Shown here one piece after another: positions 43,126 to 50,845 of a stretch of 50,845 bases of DNA. Below the pieces are notes generated by a model. The model was not told the origin of the DNA and did no database searches. It saw only the letters and a list, made by a program, of their open reading frames with translations. The stretch lies in the IMG/VR virus record IMGVR_UViG_3300036854_000028, positions 1 to 50,845 of that record; one strand, written 5' to 3'. How positions within the stretch are numbered: position 1 is the stretch's first letter; the number at the start of each line of letters is the position of its first letter. The position numbers and the translations under genes are program-made. Source of the stretch: a virus (taxonomy: Duplodnaviria; Caudoviricetes).

Positions 43126-45564
43126 GTGGCGCTGGTGATCGACGGCTCAACCCCTGCGGTAGCGACCGGCACCGGCGCGGTCACCACCACCTCGTTCACC
43201 CCACCCGACGGTTCGATCCTGGTCGTCGCGTTCTCCGGCAACTCGACCGGCGGCTCCAACCCATCCCAGCCGTCGATCACTGACAACCTCGGCTCGCATC
43301 TGACCTACACGCCGGTCCCGACCGGCGGGCCACGCCCCGGATGGTGGAGCCGCGCCGACGGCTCGCCGACCATCGACGGCCAGTGCGCCATGTGGACCGC
43401 CCCGGTCGCCACGGGCGCGGCGATGACGGTCACGGTCACCAACAACGCTGGCTCCAACGAGGCCGCCGTCCGTGTTTGGGTCATCACCGGCCAGGACCCG
43501 ACCACCCCGATCGGTGACGTCGGGAAGGCCGGCTCCTCGTCCGCGTCGTCGGTGGCCCAGTCCTACACCGGGCAGGCCACCTCTGGGCAGGGTTTCGGGG
43601 TCATCTGCGACTGGGACGCCAAGGGCGCCGAAACCGCCGGCACTGGCTGCACCCTCGACGACACCGGCTCGGTCGGCGGCCAGTTCTCCTACGCGTTCGT
43701 GCGCCGGACGGTCGACGACGACACGCTCGGCTCGACCAACAGCCTCAACTCGACCCTGCCCGGCACCTCCACGAACCTATCGTGGGTCTGGGTCGAACTC
43801 CTGCCCGTCCAGGTCAACCAGACTTTGGTCGACCCGCCGCCGTTCGTGGCCAGCTTCCCGCCCGGCTTGTTCGCCCCCAACGGCCGGCTCCAGCCGTGGC
43901 TGGGCGCGCCCGACGCCCCATCCCAGCCGATCAGCCTGGCGGTGACAGCCACCGAAGGCGGCTCGACGAACAACGGCATCGGCCTGACCGTGAAGGTCAT
44001 CACCGGGGCTGACCTGAACCAGAACGGCCAGTTCAACTCGACCGGCACCATCACCACCCCGAACCTGTCCATCACCCCGAAGCGCTCTGGCTCCTGGGTG
44101 TACGGGGCGCTGCTGGACGACGCGTCGTCCACGGTGTGGGCGGCGCACGCCGGCACCACGTTCGGGCTGAACTTCTCCGACGCCACGAACACCGCCTGCT
44201 ACGGCACCTACCGGTCAACCTCCACCACTACCGCCCTGACCGCGGTCGTGCTGGGCGCGGACACCCCGTCCGCCACGGGTGGTCTGGCGCAGGCCGAGAT
44301 CGTCCCGATCGGCGTCCTCGCCGAGGACGTCACGTCGCCGCCCAGCGTCACCGCGACCGGGGCGCACACCGTCTCCACCATCACGTTCACGCCGCCCGCG
44401 GGGTCCCTGCTGGTGGCGATGGTGGCCGCCGATGGTGGCGCGGCCGTCGCCACCATGGTCGTGTCCGGTGGGCCGTTGGTGTGGGCCGAAGTCGTCAAGC
44501 AGAACGCGTCCGGTGCCGGTTACGTAGGGGTGTGGGTCGCCCGGGTCCCCGGCGGAACCCCGATCCCGCCGATGGTGGTTCAGCCGAGCCGCCGCCGACC
44601 CATTCCGATCCTGCGTCGGCCGTCCCGAAGCACGGACCTGGTACCGGCGCAGGTGACGGTCGCCCCGCCGGCATACCCGCCGGTGGGGGTCCGGTCGCAC
44701 GTAAAGTTCTGGCAGGCCTGGCGCAGTCACGGCGCGACCGTGGTGCCGCCGCAGGTGACCCCGGCCCCGCTGTCGTTCGTCCCGCAAGCCCCACACCCGA
44801 AGCTGTGGGCTGTGCTGCTGCGCCGGCCGCGCACCGCCGCACCACCGGTCGGCCAGCTCGTCCCGCCGCAGACCACCCGTGGGCGGCTGCGCGCGGCGAC
44901 CGTACGCAAGGCCCGCACCACCGCACCCGTGCCGCCGCAGGTTGTTCTCGCGGCCCCGGCGTACCCGCCGCAGTCGTGGCGCTCACGGATCAAAGGCGCG
45001 CGGTTGTGGCGCGGCCGGGGCGCCACACCGGTGCCGCCGCAGGTCGTCCTCACCCCGCCCGGCTATGTGCCGCAGGTGGCCCGGCTGCGGCTGCGAGCCG
45101 CGAGGCTCGGCCGTCCGCGCACCACCACCACGGTTCCGGCGCAGGCGGCCGTACCGGCACGGTCGCGGCCCGCGCCGATCCTGCGGGCGGCACCACTGGC
45201 ACGTCGCCGTACGCCGCCCGTTGTCCACGCGCAGGCGACCCCGCCGCTGCTGACCCGGATCCGGGTGCGTGTCGGGCAGTTGCTGCGCGGCAGGCGCCGG
45301 GCGGTTGTTCCGGCCCAGGTCATCCTCATCGCGCCGCCTCGGGTGTCGCAGTCGCGGGCCGCGCGGACCCGGATGCTCGCGGTCAAGCGCCGCCGGGTCA
45401 CCGATGGGTGGATCAGCCGGCTGTGTGAGACGCCCCGACCCGCGACGGGTACCACCGCCCGGCCGGGCTCGGGAACCACCGCGTACGCGCTCGCGGCGAC
45501 CACGCGGCCGAACTCGGGCATCACGAGCCGCCCGAACACCGGCACCACCAGCGATCCATGCTGA
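43126..45564 (+). CDS. 812-aa protein: duplicated beta modules plus Arg/Pro repeats (neck cassette, gene 4)
   Basis: FTPP.GS.LV occurs twice, VP(P/A)Q-initiated repeats about eight times, and C-terminal RP..G.T repeats. Confidence 0.8.
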   Translation: MALVIDGSTPAVATGTGAVTTTSFTPPDGSILVVAFSGNSTGGSNPSQPSITDNLGSHLTYTPVPTGGPRPGWWSRADGSPTIDGQCAMWTAPVATGAAMTVTVTNNAGSNEAAVRVWVITGQDPTTPIGDVGKAGSSSASSVAQSYTGQATSGQGFGVICDWDAKGAETAGTGCTLDDTGSVGGQFSYAFVRRTVDDDTLGSTNSLNSTLPGTSTNLSWVWVELLPVQVNQTLVDPPPFVASFPPGLFAPNGRLQPWLGAPDAPSQPISLAVTATEGGSTNNGIGLTVKVITGADLNQNGQFNSTGTITTPNLSITPKRSGSWVYGALLDDASSTVWAAHAGTTFGLNFSDATNTACYGTYRSTSTTTALTAVVLGADTPSATGGLAQAEIVPIGVLAEDVTSPPSVTATGAHTVSTITFTPPAGSLLVAMVAADGGAAVATMVVSGGPLVWAEVVKQNASGAGYVGVWVARVPGGTPIPPMVVQPSRRRPIPILRRPSRSTDLVPAQVTVAPPAYPPVGVRSHVKFWQAWRSHGATVVPPQVTPAPLSFVPQAPHPKLWAVLLRRPRTAAPPVGQLVPPQTTRGRLRAATVRKARTTAPVPPQVVLAAPAYPPQSWRSRIKGARLWRGRGATPVPPQVVLTPPGYVPQVARLRLRAARLGRPRTTTTVPAQAAVPARSRPAPILRAAPLARRRTPPVVHAQATPPLLTRIRVRVGQLLRGRRRAVVPAQVILIAPPRVSQSRAARTRMLAVKRRRVTDGWISRLCETPRPATGTTARPGSGTTAYALAATTRPNSGITSRPNTGTTSDPC

Positions 45565-45573
45565 GGAGGCGAC

Positions 45574-45969
45574 ATGTCCGCTCTGACGATCACCCTGCGT
45601 GGGCAGGCCGCCGCCGAGCGGCTGATGGTTGACGCGTGCGTGGTCACCCGCGTATCCGGATCCACGGTCGACCCGGAGACCGGCGCTATCGTCCCCACCT
45701 TCGCGACGGTCTACAGCGGCAAGTGCAAGATTCAGATGCAGACTGCGGTCACCAACCCATCGGTTGTCGGTGAGGCGGCCGTGTTTGTCAGCGAGCCCCA
45801 CCTGCACGTGCCGATGTCGGCGACCGGACTTCAGCCCGATGATCGGGTGACCGTCACTGTATCGGTGCTCGACCCGGATCTGGTCGGCAAGGTTGGCCAC
45901 CTTCGGGGGCCGTGGGCCGAGACGTTCACGACGGCGAGGCGTCTACCGATGGCGTGGGTGTCGGGCTGA
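45574..45969 (+). CDS. Head-to-tail stopper (DUF6093-like)
   Basis: G..AAE.LM.D.C.V.R...DPETG...VYSGKCKIQ...TARRL. Confidence 0.85.
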   Translation: MSALTITLRGQAAAERLMVDACVVTRVSGSTVDPETGAIVPTFATVYSGKCKIQMQTAVTNPSVVGEAAVFVSEPHLHVPMSATGLQPDDRVTVTVSVLDPDLVGKVGHLRGPWAETFTTARRLPMAWVSG

Positions 45970-46397
45970 TGGGCGCCACGTCGACGGGCCTGACCGAACT
46001 GGTCCACGACCTGGACTACGCGCGGGACCACGCCGTCGAAGGCGCGAAGAAAGTCGTCGGCAAGGGCATGTCCGTGGCGAAGAAGCAGGCGCAGGCGACG
46101 ATCCGGGCGGCCAGTCACAGAGGCTACCTGCCGCACTACCCGCGCGCGATCGGCTATGAGGTCACCGCCGCCGGCACCATCATCACCGCGCGGATCGGCG
46201 CGGACCCGGCGAAGCTACAAGGCGGCCTCGGGAACATAATTGAATACGGATCCAGAAACTCGACGCCGATCCCGCACATTGGCCCTGCGGTTGAGGCCGA
46301 GCTACCGGTCATCACAAGGTACCTGGAAGATCTCGGCGAGAAGCTGATCGCCGGCCAGCCCGGACCGGACGGTCCCGTCGTGGACCCGGGCGGCTGA
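45969..46397 (+). CDS. HK97 gp10-like tail completion protein
   Basis: QGGLGNIIEYGS...P.PH..PA. Confidence 0.8.
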   Translation: MGATSTGLTELVHDLDYARDHAVEGAKKVVGKGMSVAKKQAQATIRAASHRGYLPHYPRAIGYEVTAAGTIITARIGADPAKLQGGLGNIIEYGSRNSTPIPHIGPAVEAELPVITRYLEDLGEKLIAGQPGPDGPVVDPGG

Positions 46398-46399
46398 GA

Positions 46400-46495
46400 T
46401 GGGAAGTGCCGGAGTTGAACCGGCTTGCTTCGTCTGGTTTGGGCCGCCGCCCAACTGGCCAGATGCTTACCCATGCGCTCCGCGTGAGCCTTCCC
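46400..46495 (-). ncRNA. tRNA-like structured element, non-canonical, strand uncertain
   Basis: Minus strand: GGGAAG/CTTCCC acceptor-like stem, GCTC/GAGC D-like stem and a perfect T-arm GCCGG-TTCAACT-CCGGC. No recognisable anticodon arm. Confidence 0.5.
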
Positions 46496-46514
46496 GAAGT
46501 TCACGGTACCAGCC

Positions 46515-46955
46515 GTGACCGACGGCCTGGACCAGGCGCTCGCGAACGCCGCCGTGACGCTGCTGCAAGCCGACGCCGGCCTGACCGTGTTCCGCGGCGG
46601 TGTACCGAACCCGACACCGAGCCCGCCGTACGTGGTGGTCCGCACCGCACCGCCGGACCGGCCCTCCGATGATCCTGACAACTCGATGGACGGCAAGTCC
46701 GGGGTGTGGGTGACGCACATCTACTGCTACTGCGTCGGCGGCGGCGGTGGCACCCCGGCGGATGCGGAGGTCGCCGCGATCGCGGTGGCGCAACGCGTCC
46801 GGACCCAGTTGCTCGACGCAAGGGTCACCATCGCGGGCCTGTCGTGTGGGCCGATCCGCTGGGACCAGTCGTTGCCGCCGCGGCGCTCCGACGAGATCAC
46901 CGGCGTCCCGATCGTCGAGGCCGTCGAGATATACCGCCTGCGGGCGACCAGCTAA
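46515..46955 (+). CDS. Tail terminator
   Basis: V..G.VP...PPYVVV...AQRVR..LL motif and position. Confidence 0.8.
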   Translation: MTDGLDQALANAAVTLLQADAGLTVFRGGVPNPTPSPPYVVVRTAPPDRPSDDPDNSMDGKSGVWVTHIYCYCVGGGGGTPADAEVAAIAVAQRVRTQLLDARVTIAGLSCGPIRWDQSLPPRRSDEITGVPIVEAVEIYRLRATS

Positions 46956-47004
46956 TACCCCCCGCCCCATCCGGCGGGATCTCTCACAACAGGAGGTGCG
47001 CCGG

Positions 47005-47343
47005 ATGGCGCTCAATGCTGCCCAGTCGGTGGTGGCGACCGGCACCACGCCGGCCCCGTTCACCCCGACCGCGTCGGACACGATCTCGGCGGCCGACATC
47101 ATCCCCAGTGGCGGGTGCGTCCTGCGGGTGGTGACCACCGGCACGGCCACGAACGTCCAGATCGTCGACCCGGGCGTGACGCCGCTGGGGAACGCCTACA
47201 ACCCGGTGCCGGTCGCCTGTCCGGCGACTGGGGTGCGCTACATCCTCGTGGCGCCCGCCGCCGTCAATCCCGCTACCGGTGTGGCCACCGTGACGTTCAG
47301 CGGCGCGTTGACCGGCGTCACTTATGACCTTCTGAAGTTCTAG
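47005..47343 (+). CDS. Tail-associated structural protein
   Basis: AGGAGG RBS. T/V/P-rich. Precedes the major tail gene. Confidence 0.75.
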   Translation: MALNAAQSVVATGTTPAPFTPTASDTISAADIIPSGGCVLRVVTTGTATNVQIVDPGVTPLGNAYNPVPVACPATGVRYILVAPAAVNPATGVATVTFSGALTGVTYDLLKF

Positions 47344-47353
47344 GGAGCTGGCC

Positions 47354-47593
47354 ATGAGTGACGAGCGGACGTGGCTTCAGCATGCCCACGGCGGCTACTT
47401 CCACTGCCCCGCCGAGGCGGTCGACGAGTGGGTGGCCATGGGCTGGCAGGTGGCCGACGAGCCGCCGCCGGAGGACAACCCGGTGGTGGTCGAGCTGCTC
47501 GCCGCGCAGCGCGCCGCTGCCGCTGCGCGCGAGCAGGCGCAGCAGGAAGACGCCGAAGAGCCGGCCACGCCGGACCAAGAAACTGAGGAGTGA
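47354..47593 (+). CDS. Small hypothetical protein
   Basis: GGGAG RBS. P.EAV..W..MGW motif. Confidence 0.7.
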   Translation: MSDERTWLQHAHGGYFHCPAEAVDEWVAMGWQVADEPPPEDNPVVVELLAAQRAAAAAREQAQQEDAEEPATPDQETEE

Positions 47594-48075
47594 CCGTGGC
47601 CGACATCGTCGTCGATGGTTTTACCCGGGTCGCGTACGTGCCCACCATCGCCAGCCAGATAGCGCCGACCACGACGGAGCTGAACGCCGGGATCCTGCTC
47701 CAGTCGGTGATGACCCCGGACGGTCTGACCGGCTTCGAGCCGACCACTGCCGATGTGGACAACAGCGCGCTGAACTCGACGTTCGACACGAAGACCATCG
47801 GCCGGGACAGCTTCAGCGGCACGAAGCTGATCTTTAAGAAGCAGTCGGGCACGGACACCGTCTACAACACGCTGACCCGTGGGACGGCCGGCTACATCGT
47901 GGTCCGCCGCTACATCGACAACGCCACGGCGTGGGCGTCGTCCCAGGTCGTCGAGGTCTACCCGGTAATCTTCGGGCAGACCCGCAACCTGGCGCCGACC
48001 GCGAACACGGTGACGAAGTGGGAAGTCGACACGAAGATCACCTCGTCGCCGTCGATCCGGGCAGCGGTCGCCTAA
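47590..48075 (+). CDS. Major tail (tube) protein
   Basis: DG.TRV..VPTIA...APT..ELNAG...GYIVVRR...VEVYPV. Confidence 0.9.
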   Translation: MTVADIVVDGFTRVAYVPTIASQIAPTTTELNAGILLQSVMTPDGLTGFEPTTADVDNSALNSTFDTKTIGRDSFSGTKLIFKKQSGTDTVYNTLTRGTAGYIVVRRYIDNATAWASSQVVEVYPVIFGQTRNLAPTANTVTKWEVDTKITSSPSIRAAVA

Positions 48076-48084
48076 CCCAAGAGC

Positions 48085-48137
48085 GGAGCGGCGGTTCCGT
48101 GCCCCGGGCCGCCGCTCCTCCGCATCTTCGGGGCACG
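48085..48137 (+). promoter_or_regulatory. Hairpin with pseudoknot potential after the major tail gene
   Basis: Stem GGAGCGGCGG/CCGCCGCTCC. Loop CGTGCCCCG is complementary to CGGGGCACG at 48129-48137. Confidence 0.6.
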
Positions 48138-48153
48138 AAGGGGCACACCACAA

Positions 48154-48378
48154 ATGAGCATCAGCAACGATCCACTGATTATCGGGTTCGACAAGCTCGT
48201 CGAGTTGATACGCGGGCTCGGCCTGGATCCCGTTGACCCACGTGACATTCGGCGCATCACTATCGATCCGCACGGCGTCGAAGTGGTGCGGGTCCGACGC
48301 GACGAGAACAACCTTCTGCGTCTCGGCTTCGGCGAGAAGCCGCTGACTGAGACCGTCACGATCGGGATTAAGTGGTGA
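48154..48378 (+). CDS. Small inserted hypothetical protein
   Basis: 74-aa ORF with lower GC, between the tail tube and chaperone genes. Confidence 0.65.
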   Translation: MSISNDPLIIGFDKLVELIRGLGLDPVDPRDIRRITIDPHGVEVVRVRRDENNLLRLGFGEKPLTETVTIGIKW

Positions 48379-48935
48379 CCCCCGCCAAGCCGAAGCTCGC
48401 CGACGTCGGCGCGCTGATCCGTGGCGCGCACACCCACCGTCGCGAAGGCACCATCTCGATCTGCTTCGCCGGGGACCTGGTCGCCCAGTGGGAGGCCCTC
48501 GACGCGCAGCGGCGCCGCGTCGAGCTGGCCGGCGGGGACAGCCTCGCCGGGTCCGGGGCGGCCAGCTTCCAGGCGCAGATGGACGAGCTGCTCCCGCGGA
48601 TGCAGGAGTCCACTGTGGACTTCCGGCTGCGTGCGGTGTCCCGGCGCCGCTGGACGGAGCTCGTCGCCGCGCACCCGCCGCGCAAGGACGCTGAAGGCAA
48701 CGTGATTCGCCGGGACATGCTCGTGCAGGTCAACTACGAGGCGTTCTTCGACGCACTGATCCCCGAGTCGCTGATCGAACCGGAGCTCGACGCCGAGACG
48801 CTGCGACTGCTGCTCGACGAGCAGTTGACGTTCGCGCAGTACGAGGCGTTGACGACGCTGGGCTGGAACCTGAACCTGTCCGACGTGTCCGTCCCTTTCT
48901 CGCCCGCCGCCTCGCCGAGTCCCCCGAACTCCTAG
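48372..48935 (+). CDS. Tail assembly chaperone (gpG-like)
   Basis: F.LRA..R.RW.EL...HPPR motif. Ends VPFS at the slippery site. Confidence 0.88.
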   Translation: MVTPAKPKLADVGALIRGAHTHRREGTISICFAGDLVAQWEALDAQRRRVELAGGDSLAGSGAASFQAQMDELLPRMQESTVDFRLRAVSRRRWTELVAAHPPRKDAEGNVIRRDMLVQVNYEAFFDALIPESLIEPELDAETLRLLLDEQLTFAQYEALTTLGWNLNLSDVSVPFSPAASPSPPNS

Positions 48936-49309
48936 ACCTCGCTGAGGCGGCGGAACGGCTGGGGATCTCGGTCAAGCGGCTGTGCGGCTGGGAGCCGACC
49001 ACCTACTACACCTACGAGCGTGGCCGGCTGGTCTCCTCGACGCCTGAGGTGGAGTGGGATGAGCAGCAGCAGGGCTGGGCGCTGGCGCTGGCCCTGCACC
49101 GGCGGACCCGGTGTAGCGGCTGCGGCGGGGACCTGCTGGAGACCACCGAGGTCGGCAACGAGGGCCGGTACCGGGCGTTGCTGCCGCTGACCTGTCACCG
49201 CTGCGTGGAGCTGGACCGCTCCCACCAGCGCTACCGCGACCATCCGGCACCCCTGTCGCTGCTGCACCGGGTCGAGCTGAAGCGGGGTGATCATGGTTCG
49301 CACGGCTGA
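48893..49309 (+). CDS. Tail assembly chaperone -1 frameshift extension (gpT-like)
   Basis: CCCTTTC at 48893-48899. The -1 frame is open: FLARRL...GWEPTT...EW...CSGCG...TCHRC. Confidence 0.82.
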   Translation, partial: PFLARRLAESPELLDLAEAAERLGISVKRLCGWEPTTYYTYERGRLVSSTPEVEWDEQQQGWALALALHRRTRCSGCGGDLLETTEVGNEGRYRALLPLTCHRCVELDRSHQRYRDHPAPLSLLHRVELKRGDHGSHG

Positions 49310-50845
49310 AGTCAAGCTGAAGGCCGACGTCGCCGACTACGTCGTGGGCATGGAGTCCTCGGCGAAGGTCACCGAGAAGGTCGACGAGAAGGTCAAAGAC
49401 GTTGACCAGAGCTTGAAGAAGCTGCCCCCCGATGCCGCGAAGGCAGCGGCGGCGATGAAGCTGCTCAGCGCCGACACGGACCGGGCGAAGCTGAGCCTGG
49501 GCGAGTTGGACCGCTCGTCGTCGTCGATGCAGATGCTGGAGCAGCGGCTGACTGCGGCGCGGATGGAGGTCCGCCGGCTGGCGGAGGAGTTCAACCGCAC
49601 CGGCAACGCCGGCACCCTGACGCAGCTGTTCTCCGCGCGGGCCGACGTGCGCAGTCTGGAGCGGTTCAAGAAGGACTTCACCCGGGCGTTGGGTGACGCC
49701 GGTACGACCGGCGGCCAGGAGATGGCCAAGAACGTCTCGGCGGGGTTCCAGGGTGCCGCGTCCACCCCGATCATCGGTCCGGCTATCGCCGCGGCGATCG
49801 TCAGCGGTGTCGCTCTCGCCCTGCCGATGGTCAATGCGCTGCTGCTATCCGCGGCCGGCCTGGGCGGCATCGGCCTGGGCATTGCCGGGCAGATGCACAA
49901 CCCGGATGTGCTGAACGCATTCACGATTCTCGGCCACGATCTCATGGACGAGCTCGGCAAGGACACGACCTCCTTCATTGAGCCGCTGCTCGGCGCCGCG
50001 CGGATCCTACGCTCCGACTTGCACGCGGCCCTCTCGTCGATTGACTTCTCCGGCCTGGCGAAGCTGCTGGACCCGCTCGTGGCTGGACTCGGTGGGCTGA
50101 TCACCCAGATGATGCCCGGCTTCAACGCAGCACTACGCGCCGCCGAACCGATCCTGCAGGAGCTGGGCCACCTCATGCCCGAGATCGGCGATGCCATTTC
50201 AGACATGTTCGCCGACTTCGCCGCGGGCGAGCCCGGAGCTATCGAAGGGCTCCGATTGCTTGTGGGCATGCTCGAAGGCACCATCATGGCCGTCGGGAAG
50301 CTGGTACGCACGTTCTCATGGCTCTTCGATCATGTCGCTCGATCCGCTGATGGGTTGGCCCACATCATCAAGCTGTTCAACGACCTCATCCCGGTCATCC
50401 CGACCGAACTGGTCGATGATCTAGTCGGTGGGCTGGATCGCCTCACCGGCAAGGCACCCGACGTGATGCAGGTCGGCAAGTCGTTACGCGACGTAGGCGA
50501 CGAGGCCAAGGCCGCGGCCACGAAGGTCGGCGCGTTCTCGATCGGAATGGTCGACCTCGCCACACTGAGCCAGCGCGCCGCGCAGGAAGCCGGTGACCTG
50601 TTCTCAAAGCTAATGGCGGTCGATCAGGGGACGCTGGGCTGGAACCGGTCGCTGACCCAGCTCCATGACACGCTGGCGCAGAACGGCCACACCCTCAACG
50701 AGCACACCAAGGCCGGGCAGGACAACGTCGGCGCGATCCTGTCAGCGGTCAGCGCGAACATGCAGCTCTACCAGGCCCAGGTCCAGTCCGGCATATCCAG
50801 TGCGGACGCGGCTCGCCAGTACGACGCGAACGAGCAGGCCCTGGA
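49293..50845 (+). CDS. Tape measure protein, N-terminal part (3'-truncated by window)
   Basis: MVRTAEVKLKADVADYV start. Frame is open to the window end. Ala/Leu/Gly-rich helical sequence following the chaperones. Confidence 0.92.
   Translation, partial: MVRTAEVKLKADVADYVVGMESSAKVTEKVDEKVKDVDQSLKKLPPDAAKAAAAMKLLSADTDRAKLSLGELDRSSSSMQMLEQRLTAARMEVRRLAEEFNRTGNAGTLTQLFSARADVRSLERFKKDFTRALGDAGTTGGQEMAKNVSAGFQGAASTPIIGPAIAAAIVSGVALALPMVNALLLSAAGLGGIGLGIAGQMHNPDVLNAFTILGHDLMDELGKDTTSFIEPLLGAARILRSDLHAALSSIDFSGLAKLLDPLVAGLGGLITQMMPGFNAALRAAEPILQELGHLMPEIGDAISDMFADFAAGEPGAIEGLRLLVGMLEGTIMAVGKLVRTFSWLFDHVARSADGLAHIIKLFNDLIPVIPTELVDDLVGGLDRLTGKAPDVMQVGKSLRDVGDEAKAAATKVGAFSIGMVDLATLSQRAAQEAGDLFSKLMAVDQGTLGWNRSLTQLHDTLAQNGHTLNEHTKAGQDNVGAILSAVSANMQLYQAQVQSGISSADAARQYDANEQAL

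Larger units (their letters stand above)
1..50845. mobile_element. Near-complete temperate actinobacterial siphophage genome, non-integrated (permuted) form
   Basis: Full set of packaging, head, tail, lysis, integration/immunity and replication genes. Both ends lie in the tape-measure gene, the integrase is internal and there are no bacterial housekeeping genes. WhiB and high GC point to an actinomycete host. Confidence 0.95.

Noticed and set aside
46400-46424. tRNA 3'-half as attP
   Set aside because: It is far from the integrase, inside the structural operon where integration would break the late transcript, and it has its own pairing 5' strand.
1-50845. Reverse-transcriptase systems (DGR, retron), introns, inteins or IS elements
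   Set aside because: No RT, transposase or intein motifs were recognised, and TerL and the capsid protein have ordinary lengths.

Overview
The window is essentially one whole temperate, high-GC actinobacterial siphophage genome, with no host genes. It is circularly permuted inside the tape-measure gene: the N-terminal part is at 49293-50845 and the C-terminal part at 1-415. Gene order is: minor tail genes; amidase endolysin and a lysis region interrupted by accessory genes; a GntR-controlled island; tyrosine integrase, repressor and cro-like switch; a long early operon (YqaJ exonuclease, ERF annealase, WhiB, replication initiator, sigma-like protein, DNA adenine methylase, 3'-5' exonuclease and many small ORFs); HNH and a candidate cos region; terminase, DUF935-type portal, Mu I-like protease, capsid, head-tail and tail genes, including a -1 frameshifted tail chaperone. 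The most notable unexplained features are: (i) a four-gene structural cassette inserted in the neck region, with an 812-aa protein made of permuted beta modules plus Arg/Pro repeats; (ii) a portal with a ~400-aa C-terminal extension; (iii) several structured RNAs, including a five-hairpin kissing-loop element and two inserts whose reverse complements have tRNA-like ends; (iv) a recombinase-core-like inverted repeat inside the repressor gene, suggesting integration-dependent immunity; (v) a candidate anti-defence cluster inside the lysis region; (vi) genes that appear split by inserted ORFs. All family assignments come from motif recognition by eye, not database searches.
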